From contig DASXUP010000009.1 of the NCBI GenBank assembly GCA_036504755.1, forward strand, positions 35,631 through 99,630: 64,000 nt of DNA. The letters are read 5' to 3'. Position 1 is the stretch's first letter. The number at the start of each line of letters is the position of its first letter. Below, piece after piece: positions 54,335 to 61,996 of this stretch. Source of the DNA: Coriobacteriia bacterium. GTDB lineage: Bacteria > Actinomycetota > Coriobacteriia > Anaerosomatales > JAJZPX01. The notes below the pieces were generated by a model. That model saw nothing but the letters and a program-made list of their open reading frames with translations. It had not been told where the DNA came from and searched no databases. The position numbers and the translations under genes were made by a program.

Positions 54335-55960
54335 GTGCGAGCGGCGCCCTCCGGGGCGCCGCTCGGCATCCGGCTTGCACCGTGCACCGGGATGCGCGCC
54401 CTTTCCTGGAACGACATCCTTCCGCAGACGCCGTCGCGTCGAACGCCGGCCGCGCCGCCGCCGCTGCATGTGGTGCCGGCTCCCGCACCGCGGATCCGCC
54501 TCGGCCTCTTCGCACTCACCATGGCGGCATGCGTGACCGCCGGGCTCCTCGCGTTCGCGCTGTTCGCGCACTCGACGTTCGAGGTCGGTCCCGCGACGGT
54601 CTCCGTCGGCGCACAGCCGGCCGTCAAGGGCAGCACCACGCTCGACGTACCCCCCTTCGGTGCGGTGTCGGCCGGCACGCACACGGCGCCGCTGGCGATC
54701 AGGGCGTCTCTGCGCGAGGTCGACATCACGCGGCTGCAGAGCCTGGCGCTCTCCGGCGTGCCCGGCACGCGCACGATTGACGCCTACAAGGCGCAGGCGA
54801 CGCGGGGCGCGGAGAACGCCGCCGGCAAGGGCCTGATGGCCGCGCTCGCCGCCGCCGCGTTCGTCGGCTGGGCGCTTCGCCGTGACTGGCGCGCCACGCT
54901 CGCCGGGGGCGTGCTCGGCCTGGCCGTGCCGGCGCTGATGGTCTCCTCGGCCGTCCTGGGCTTCGACTCGACGGCCTTCCGCGACCCGACCTACACGGGG
55001 GCGATGCGCTACGCCCCGTCGCTCATCGGTCTCGTGCAGGGACGGATCGAGCGCGTGGGCAACCTGCAGAAGCAGGTCGAGGACGCGGTCAGGCAGATGA
55101 ACGCGTACTACTCGCACCCGCAGAGCTTCTCGGCGGGCGGCGCCATGCCTCACACATTCCGCGTGCTGCAGGTGTCGGACCTCCACCTCGACCCGGTCGG
55201 CTTCAAGCTCGAATCGGAGCTCGCGGACGTCTTCCACGCGTCGGTGGTACTGGACTGCGGTGACGCCGACGACTACGGGACCCCGATCGAGGGCAGCGCG
55301 ATCAAGAGCTTCCTCGACACGCGGGTGCCGCGCGTGTTCATCCCCGGGAACCACGAGTCGCCCGCGGTGGTGCGCGCGATCGACAGCATGCCGAACGTCA
55401 CGGTCGTCGAGTCCGGGACGGTCACGGTCGACGGGCTCACGATCTTCGGCCTCGCCGACCCGATGAGCCGCAAGGACGCGTGGAAGCCGAACGTCGAGCA
55501 GACCACGATCGAGGCGCAGGCGGCGGCGGACGCCCTGGCGGCTGCCGAGGCTTCCGGCACCCCCAAGCCGCAGATCGTCGCGACGCACAACCCGCTGGGC
55601 CTACAGCCGTTCGCGGATCTCGCCCCGCTGCTGGTCGCGGGGCACACGCACGTGCCGGACCTCGGCAGGATCGGCTCGAGCTGGTACCTGAACTCGGGCA
55701 CGGTCGGCGGCGTCGACTTCGCGAAGCTCTACTCCGACCCGAGCATCGCTCACGGAGCGTCGATCCTCTACTACACCGAGACACTGCCGAGGCGCCTGGT
55801 GGCGATCGACCAGATCTCGGTGTGGGGACGCACGGACCAGAGCTCGCTCAAGCGCACGGTCGTGGACCCCGCGCTGCTCGACCAGCTGATGAAGCAGCCG
55901 GCGGCCAAGCCGGCGGCTGCGAAGGCCGCCCACCCCAGGCCGGCCGTCAAGAAGCGGTAG
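54335..55960 (+). CDS. Membrane-associated calcineurin-like metallophosphoesterase
   Basis: ORF track 54335..55960. Motifs LQVSDLHLD, DCGDADD, IPGNHES, VATHNP and VAGHTH. N-terminal TM helices. The exact start is uncertain. Confidence 0.75.
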   Translation: MRAAPSGAPLGIRLAPCTGMRALSWNDILPQTPSRRTPAAPPPLHVVPAPAPRIRLGLFALTMAACVTAGLLAFALFAHSTFEVGPATVSVGAQPAVKGSTTLDVPPFGAVSAGTHTAPLAIRASLREVDITRLQSLALSGVPGTRTIDAYKAQATRGAENAAGKGLMAALAAAAFVGWALRRDWRATLAGGVLGLAVPALMVSSAVLGFDSTAFRDPTYTGAMRYAPSLIGLVQGRIERVGNLQKQVEDAVRQMNAYYSHPQSFSAGGAMPHTFRVLQVSDLHLDPVGFKLESELADVFHASVVLDCGDADDYGTPIEGSAIKSFLDTRVPRVFIPGNHESPAVVRAIDSMPNVTVVESGTVTVDGLTIFGLADPMSRKDAWKPNVEQTTIEAQAAADALAAAEASGTPKPQIVATHNPLGLQPFADLAPLLVAGHTHVPDLGRIGSSWYLNSGTVGGVDFAKLYSDPSIAHGASILYYTETLPRRLVAIDQISVWGRTDQSSLKRTVVDPALLDQLMKQPAAKPAAAKAAHPRPAVKKR

Positions 55961-56055
55961 GCCCGCTCGCAAAGCGACCGCCGGTTCGTGACCCCGCAAG
56001 TGGCGGCGGTCGCGCTATGCTGTGCTACGGGAAGCGCGAGAGTCCGGAGGAGGCC

Positions 56056-57801
56056 ATGGCCGAGCAGTCCCCTTACCTGGCAGAGCTCGCTGAAGGCATC
56101 GGTCCGCGGCCGGCGACCAGCGATGCCGAGGCGCGCGCCGCAGCGTACATCGCCGGCGTGATGTCGGCCCGCGGCCTAGAGGTGGAGACGCAGGAGTTCG
56201 ATTCCCCTCGCACGTACTCGTGGGCGTACGTCATCTACTACCTGCTCACGATCGCCGCGGCCGTGCTCTCGAACCGCCTGACGCCGTACGCGCTCGTCCT
56301 GGCGCTCGTCGTCGCGGTCGTCATGCGCCGCGACCTCGACACCCGCTGGGGATTGTCGACGCTCATGCCGAAGGGCCCGAGCCAGAACGTCATCGCGCGT
56401 CACGTCCCGAAGCAGCGCCGAGGCGAGAGGCTGCGAAAGGTCGTCGTGGTCGCCCACTACGACTCGGCGCGGGCGTCGCTGGCATTCTCGCCCGGGATGG
56501 TGAAGAACTTCGCCTTCACGTTCGGTCTCATGAAGTGGTGCACGTACCTCGTGCCCGTCCTCATCGCCGTCCAGCTGCTGCCGTTCATGAAGCGTTTCGA
56601 CAGGATCCCGTGGTACGTGACGATGGCCGTGTCCGCCTACCTCCTGATCCCGCTGCTCATCAACGTGCACCGCGAGCTGCTCATGCGCGCCACTCCGGGC
56701 GCGAACGACAACGCCTCGGGAGTCGCGGCCATGCTGGGCGTGATGGACCGGCTCGTCCCGGAGCCGGGCAGCGACGAGGACGTGTTCACCACCACCTCGT
56801 TCCCTCGTGTCGAGCCTACCCGCCGCACCGAGGAGGACGCGTGGGCGGCCGACGTCGTGCCGGACGACGCCGTGTTGAGCTACTCCCCGCCGGCCGGTCC
56901 GCGGAAGCCGTTCGAGGAGAGCGACTTCGACGACATCGGCTGGGCGGACGACTCTCCGTCCAAGGACCAGACGTCGATGCCGCTGGAAGAGGGCACCGAC
57001 GAGGACGCGTGGAAGTCCTTCGCCGAGGGCAAGCCCGCCGAGGCACCGCCCGTCGCGCAGAAGGAACGGCGCCGGAACCCGCTGCTGCCGGGCCGCAGGC
57101 GTGAGCCCCAGCCCGCAGAGCCGCCGGCTCCCGAGAACAAGGAGAACGTCCGGGACTGGCTGGGCGTGGACGAGGGCTTCGACGCCAAGCAGGAAGGCCG
57201 CAAGATCGGCAGCTGGGATCACTTCGGCGAAGAAGGGGACGACGACTCGGGCTGGAAGGGCGGTGCCGCCGGCGAGTCCATCGACGATCCGGACTTCGCG
57301 TCGAGCGAGGCCGCGCGCATCCGCCGGCGCGTTCTCGCCGGCGAGCAGGACCGCGACCTCTCCGAGAAGGAGGTCTGGTTCGTGGCGACGGGCGCCGAGG
57401 AGGTCGGGACCATCGGCATGAAGGCGCTGCTCGACCAGTACGGCGAGGATCTTCGCGACGCCCACATCATCAACCTCGACAACCTGGGCTCGGGCAGCCT
57501 CTCCTGGATCACCTCGGAAGGCATGGCGAAGCGATACACGGCCGATCGCCGGCTGTCGGGGGCCGCGCGCCGGGTGGCCACCGAGAACGACTGGGCGATC
57601 AAGGGGCGCGAGTACCGCGGACTGTCGACCGACGCCACGGCCGCCCTGGCCCGCCGCTTCAAGGCGATGAGCGTCATGGCGTTCGACATCAACGGCCGTC
57701 TGCCGAACTGGCATTGGGAGACCGACACCGTCTCCGAGGTGAGCGCGGACAACGTCGCGCTGGCCGTCGACTTCACCACGGCGCTGATCAAGGAGCTGTA
57801 G
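56056..57801 (+). CDS. M28-family metallopeptidase with embedded TM helices and a long acidic insert
   Basis: Frame of ORF 55480..57801 from ATG 56056 (GGAGGAGG upstream). Motifs VVVAHYDS, ANDNASGVAAMLG, ATGAEEVGTIGMKAL and INLDNLGSG. Confidence 0.75.
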   Translation: MAEQSPYLAELAEGIGPRPATSDAEARAAAYIAGVMSARGLEVETQEFDSPRTYSWAYVIYYLLTIAAAVLSNRLTPYALVLALVVAVVMRRDLDTRWGLSTLMPKGPSQNVIARHVPKQRRGERLRKVVVVAHYDSARASLAFSPGMVKNFAFTFGLMKWCTYLVPVLIAVQLLPFMKRFDRIPWYVTMAVSAYLLIPLLINVHRELLMRATPGANDNASGVAAMLGVMDRLVPEPGSDEDVFTTTSFPRVEPTRRTEEDAWAADVVPDDAVLSYSPPAGPRKPFEESDFDDIGWADDSPSKDQTSMPLEEGTDEDAWKSFAEGKPAEAPPVAQKERRRNPLLPGRRREPQPAEPPAPENKENVRDWLGVDEGFDAKQEGRKIGSWDHFGEEGDDDSGWKGGAAGESIDDPDFASSEAARIRRRVLAGEQDRDLSEKEVWFVATGAEEVGTIGMKALLDQYGEDLRDAHIINLDNLGSGSLSWITSEGMAKRYTADRRLSGAARRVATENDWAIKGREYRGLSTDATAALARRFKAMSVMAFDINGRLPNWHWETDTVSEVSADNVALAVDFTTALIKEL

Positions 57802-57809
57802 GCGGGCGC

Positions 57810-58400
57810 TCAGCCCTTCGCGTAGAAGCTCATCGCGGATCCCGCTCCCAGCAGCAGCGCCGAGAGGCCGAACACGGGCAGCATGAGCGCCGAGTCCTGA
57901 AGCGCGACCACCACCAGGCAGAACACGATGAAGCCCAGGTGCAGGAGCGCGCTGCCGAGGTGCCGCCCGCGGCCCTCGGTGAGGTACGACAGACCGCCCG
58001 AGCGCTGCACGGTGAGCACCGCCACCACGGCCTGCAGACCCGCGGCCGCGGTGAGGTACGCGGCCATCCCGTTCTGCAGCGACCTGCCGGCGACCCCCCA
58101 CGCGACGCCGAGGAGCACCAGGCCGGCGGAGACCGCCACGAGCGTGCGGCGCTCGAAGAGGCGCTTCGGGACGCACAGCCCCAGTACGACGACGATACCC
58201 GCCACCAGCGGCGTCGCGAAGGCGTTCATCAGCGCGACGTACGAGGCGTACCCCGGCCCCTGCAGCCATCCCGCGATCGTCCGCTGCGCCCACCAGACGT
58301 ACAGCGTGCCGACGAGCGACTGCGCCCCGAGCGCCGCGAGCAGGACGACGGTGAGCATCATAAGGATGAAGTCCCACGTCCGCCTCGGCGTCGCCGGCAT
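57810..58400 (-). CDS. Hypothetical polytopic membrane protein (196 aa), downstream partner of the CcsA-like gene
   Basis: C-terminal 196 aa of ORF 57810..59786 (-), from ATG 58400. It starts 5 nt after the CcsA-like stop. About 6 hydrophobic helices. No family recognised. Confidence 0.55.
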   Translation of the reverse strand: MPATPRRTWDFILMMLTVVLLAALGAQSLVGTLYVWWAQRTIAGWLQGPGYASYVALMNAFATPLVAGIVVVLGLCVPKRLFERRTLVAVSAGLVLLGVAWGVAGRSLQNGMAAYLTAAAGLQAVVAVLTVQRSGGLSYLTEGRGRHLGSALLHLGFIVFCLVVVALQDSALMLPVFGLSALLLGAGSAMSFYAKG

Positions 58401-58405
58401 CGCGC

Positions 58406-59374
58406 TCACCCCGCCACCGAGTGCGCACCCGGGACGACGTACGTCGTCAGGTACGTAAGCACGAGCGCGACGAACGACAGCACGGCGAGCACGGCCACCC
58501 ACTTCCACATGCCCTCCCTGCGCAGGTACAGCCGGCCGTGCAGGTACGCGGTGTACAGCAGCCACAGCAGGATCGACATGTCGACCTTGCCCGACCACCA
58601 CCACGCCTCGCCGCGCCAGGACATGAGCGCCCACGGGAAGCCGAGGAGCATCCCGATCGTGAGCGGCAGATAGCCGAGGCGCGCCCATCTGTACGCGGTG
58701 GTCTCGTATGCGGCGCGTCGCTCCCGCAGCATCAGCACGACCGCCGCGAAGCTGACCACGAAGGCGCCGTAGCAGAAGAAGAGCAGCGGTGGATGCACCC
58801 ACATATACCAGGTGTCGTAGTAGTAGCGGCGCATCGAGTCCAGCTGCTGGAACGCCGCGAACCACGCCGGGCCGTTCCCCGATCCCTGCGCCGCGAGGTA
58901 GCCCTTCAGGCTGGCCAGGAAGTCGGGCAGCGGGTGCGTGAACGGCCGGCCGATGAGGACCGCGCCCACCGTGAGCGCCGACACGGATCCCCCGAGGTAC
59001 GGTTCCATCTCGCGAGCGTGCCGGCGGGCGAGCAGGGTCATCGCCACGAGGATGAGCGCCCACACGTACAGCTTCTCGGACTCCGTCCAAGGCGCCACGA
59101 AGATGCGGCCCGTGGTCGCGCCCGTCCGAGGGTCGACGAGCGCGCTCGCCTCCCACAACCGCCAGTGGAACCACACGAGCAGGCCCTCGCCGAACACGAG
59201 CAGCGCGCCGAGGACGGCGAGTGCCGGCCGGAGCCACTCGCGGCGCAGCCGCGTGACGGCGAGGCCGAAGACGACGACGGAAGCTATCAGGAGCGCGTAG
59301 CCCAGCGGCGCTCCCAGGAGGGCCAGGGTGCTCTGGGCGCCGTCGAGGATGGCGGCGGGCTCGGCCGAGGACAT
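58406..59374 (-). CDS. Cytochrome c assembly protein, CcsA/ResC family
   Basis: ORF 58406..59533 (-) from ATG 59374 (GGAAGGAAGGG upstream). Trp-rich segment GFPWALMSWRGEAWWWSGKVDMSILLWLLYTAYLHGRL, with the conserved His after the WWD-like helix. Confidence 0.72.
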   Translation of the reverse strand: MSSAEPAAILDGAQSTLALLGAPLGYALLIASVVVFGLAVTRLRREWLRPALAVLGALLVFGEGLLVWFHWRLWEASALVDPRTGATTGRIFVAPWTESEKLYVWALILVAMTLLARRHAREMEPYLGGSVSALTVGAVLIGRPFTHPLPDFLASLKGYLAAQGSGNGPAWFAAFQQLDSMRRYYYDTWYMWVHPPLLFFCYGAFVVSFAAVVLMLRERRAAYETTAYRWARLGYLPLTIGMLLGFPWALMSWRGEAWWWSGKVDMSILLWLLYTAYLHGRLYLRREGMWKWVAVLAVLSFVALVLTYLTTYVVPGAHSVAG

Positions 59375-59493
59375 CGTGCCCTTCCTTCCGGGAACGCGTC
59401 GAGTATACCCGCCGTTCGCGGCGCGCCATTTGCTGGTCATCCGCCTCGGCGCTACACTTCGCCTCGTGGCTCCCGGCAGAGCGCGCGCCCGAC

Positions 59494-60753
59494 GTGGATG
59501 GAAGGTACGTCTTGAGTCCCAGTCGTCTGGCAAAGAGCATCATGCGCCGCCTGCGGGTCACTTCTCGCGAGCAGCCTACCCAGTACGACATCGAGGCTCT
59601 GGAGGAGAACGTCCGGCGAGTGGCGCTCGTCATCCGGTTCCGGTGGATGCTAGTCGGCGCGCTCGCCGTGTTCTCCCTCGCGGCGGCGGCGATCTTCGGT
59701 CTCGATCCCTCGACGCCGCGCTCCGAGTTGCTCGCCAACATGTGGATCCCCGCGGCCGCTCTGGTGTTCGTGCTGGCGTACAACACGTACTACCAGCTGA
59801 CCGTCCGCTACCTCGGCAACATCGCGGTCCTCAATCATGCCCAGCTGCTGTTCGACACGCTCGTCATCACCGTGCTCGTACACTACAGTGGCGGCGTCTA
59901 CTCGTGGTTCCATACGATCTACGCCCTCATCGTGCTCGAAGCAGCGTTCATCTTCAGGCGCTCTCGCGACACGTGGCTGGTAGCCGGAGCGGCGGCGATC
60001 GCGTACGGCGCGACGGTCCTGAGCGAGTACACGGGCCTGATAGGGCACGTCGCGATGCCCTTCGTCGGCCGAGGGCTCGAGCACGCGGCGCCATACGCGG
60101 CGGTGCGTTTCCTGTGGATGGTCGCCGTCCTGGGCGGGACCGCGCTCATCTCGCTTCAGATGATGTCGCGGGTGCACCAGCGCGAGCAGCAGCTGACGGC
60201 GTCTTCGATGACGGACGAGGCCACGGGCCTCTACAACCGCTCCTACTTCCAGCACAAGCTCGGCGTCGAGGTCCAGCGTGCGCGCTGCTACGGGATGGGT
60301 CTCGGGGTCCTGCTGCTCGACGTGGACGACTTCGGCGGCTTCAACCGGCGTTTCGGCATCGACGCGGGCAACCGGTTGATCCGCAGACTGGCCGAGTTGC
60401 TCAAGGCCGAGACGTGCGCGTGCCCGGATTGCGCCGCCGCGGAGCTCAACACGATCGGACGCTTCGGGGGCGAGGAGTTCGCGATCATAATGCCCCAGCC
60501 GCCGGGGATGACGATCGACGCGGTGGCGGCTGACGCCCACGCGCTCGCCGAGAGGCTGCGGACGAAGATCGGAGCACTGCGGGTGGACGACATGGGCGTC
60601 ACCGTGAGCATCGGCGTCGCGCACTTCCCGTCCGACGGGCGCACGGCCGCGGACCTGATGGCCTCCGCCGACCAGGCCGTGTTCCGCGCCAACTCCGAAG
60701 GCGGCAACCGCGTGGCGACCTCGGACGAGCCCGACCTGGGGGCGGCGCTGTAG
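59494..60753 (+). CDS. Membrane diguanylate cyclase (GGDEF domain, GGEEF active site)
   Basis: ORF track 59494..60753. Five or six N-terminal TM helices. Motifs DEATGLYNRSYF and GRFGGEEFAIIMP. The start is uncertain (ATG 59542 is possible). Confidence 0.8.
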   Translation: MDGRYVLSPSRLAKSIMRRLRVTSREQPTQYDIEALEENVRRVALVIRFRWMLVGALAVFSLAAAAIFGLDPSTPRSELLANMWIPAAALVFVLAYNTYYQLTVRYLGNIAVLNHAQLLFDTLVITVLVHYSGGVYSWFHTIYALIVLEAAFIFRRSRDTWLVAGAAAIAYGATVLSEYTGLIGHVAMPFVGRGLEHAAPYAAVRFLWMVAVLGGTALISLQMMSRVHQREQQLTASSMTDEATGLYNRSYFQHKLGVEVQRARCYGMGLGVLLLDVDDFGGFNRRFGIDAGNRLIRRLAELLKAETCACPDCAAAELNTIGRFGGEEFAIIMPQPPGMTIDAVAADAHALAERLRTKIGALRVDDMGVTVSIGVAHFPSDGRTAADLMASADQAVFRANSEGGNRVATSDEPDLGAAL

Positions 60754-60754
60754 T

Positions 60755-61435
60755 ATGCGGCGCCCTGGGTCGACGGCGGTCCGTCTCGTGGCAGCCGTGG
60801 CGCTCGCGCTGACCATCCTCGGCGTCCCGGTGCTGGCGCTGCAGGCGCCGTTCGTGACGAGCTTCCTCGTCGGCCGCGCGTACGACCCCGCCTCCGCCGG
60901 CCTGCCCCCGAACGTCGCGTTGCGCACAGCCGAGGCCGTGCGCGTCTATACGACGGACCCGCGGTCCCCGCGGCTTCCGGCCGTCGTAGGCGAACGGCCG
61001 GGGTTCGACGAGTCCGCCGAAAGCCACCTTCGCGACGTGCGCCGCGTGCTGACCGCGGCTCGCGTGGTCACCCTCGGCTGTGCCGCCCTGCTCGCTCTCC
61101 TGCTCGCCTTGGTCCTGCCGGCGCGCCGATACCGCGACATAGCCTGGGTGTCGAGGGCGGGGGCCGTGGCTGTGGCCGGCGTCACCATCGTGGCGGGCGC
61201 GGCTGCGGTAATCGACTTCGAGGCCTTCTTCGGCTTCTTCCACGGGCTGTTCTTCTCGGCCGGGACCTGGACGTTCCCGCCCGGGACCCTGCTCATCGAG
61301 CTGTTCCCGGAGCCCGTTTGGGCCGCCTTCGGCGGGCTGTGGGCCGCGGGAGTGCTCCTGCTCGCCGGATCCGCGCTCCTGGCCGCTCGCGGCTTCTCTC
61401 GAAGCGCCCGTAGCCTTGAGGGCGAAGATGTGTAA
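60755..61435 (+). CDS. TIGR01906/DUF1461-family integral membrane protein (Lit-like)
   Basis: ORF track 60755..61435. Motifs FDESAESHLRDVRRVL and FFHGLFFSAGTWTFPPGTLLIELFPEPVW. Family assignment is from memory. Confidence 0.6.
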   Translation: MRRPGSTAVRLVAAVALALTILGVPVLALQAPFVTSFLVGRAYDPASAGLPPNVALRTAEAVRVYTTDPRSPRLPAVVGERPGFDESAESHLRDVRRVLTAARVVTLGCAALLALLLALVLPARRYRDIAWVSRAGAVAVAGVTIVAGAAAVIDFEAFFGFFHGLFFSAGTWTFPPGTLLIELFPEPVWAAFGGLWAAGVLLLAGSALLAARGFSRSARSLEGEDV

Positions 61436-61518
61436 ACTTGAGTAAGAATCACGGGGAGGTGATGCGCCTGAGTCTTGGGCGCATACAGTCAGATCGATCC
61501 CGAGGAGGTGATTGGAGC

Positions 61519-61665
61519 ATGGCAGCGAAGGAAGGGTACTGCGTCAAGTGCAAGTCCAAGAGGGAGATCAAGGACCCTCAGGCGATCACGATGAAGAACG
61601 GCCGCCCGGCCACGCAGGGCACGTGTCCTACGTGCGGGACCAAGATCTTCAAGATCGGCAAGTAG
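61519..61665 (+). CDS. DUF5679-like zinc-ribbon miniprotein (48 aa)
   Basis: Frame of ORF 61438..61665 from ATG 61519 (GAGGAGG upstream). Translation: MAAKEGYCVKCKSKREIKDPQAITMKNGRPATQGTCPTCGTKIFKIGK. Confidence 0.6.
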   Translation: MAAKEGYCVKCKSKREIKDPQAITMKNGRPATQGTCPTCGTKIFKIGK

Positions 61666-61701
61666 CACCGCTCTCCCGGCGACTTGAGCCGGTTCATGTA
61701 A

Positions 61702-61734
61702 GGGAGCCGCGAGCCCTCAAAGGCCGCGGCTCCC
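61702..61734 (+). terminator. Terminator-like hairpin after the miniprotein gene
   Basis: GGGAGCCGCG-(13 nt)-CGCGGCTCCC, a 10-bp stem. No clear T tract. Confidence 0.35.
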
Positions 61735-61794
61735 GTGTCTCCAGGGCCATTTGCCCTCGGCCGACCGCACGTCCTACAATGGCCCCCGCGCTTC

Positions 61795-61870
61795 GCGGGC
61801 GTAGCTCAGTTGGTAGAGCATCAGCTTCCCAAGCTGAGGGTCGCGGGTTCGAGCCCCGTCGCCCGCTCCA
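61795..61870 (+). tRNA. tRNA-Gly (anticodon CCC), CCA encoded
   Basis: Manual cloverleaf. Acceptor stem GCGGGCG/CGCCCGC. D arm GCTC-AGTTGGTA-GAGC. Anticodon arm TCAGC-TTCCCAA-GCTGA. T arm GCGGG-TTCGAGC-CCCGT. Discriminator T followed by CCA. Confidence 0.9.
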
Positions 61871-61878
61871 CGCACTCC

Positions 61879-61900
61879 GGCCGCCCCTCCGGGCGGCCTT
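61879..61900 (+). terminator. Intrinsic terminator after tRNA-Gly
   Basis: GGCCGCCC-ctcc-GGGCGGCC, followed by TTCGTTCG. Confidence 0.5.
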
Positions 61901-61996
61901 CGTTCGTCCCGCCGCCTGAAGCGTCGTGGCAGGAATCCCCTTCTTCCGCGTCGAAATCCTAACGACCAGGGTGACGGACTGCGACAGGGGGACACC

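Noticed and set aside
61795-61996. tRNA-Gly as an integration site for a mobile element.
   Set aside because: No integrase, direct repeat of the tRNA 3' end, or foreign-looking gene content is visible downstream within the window. The next gene is an ordinary sensor kinase.
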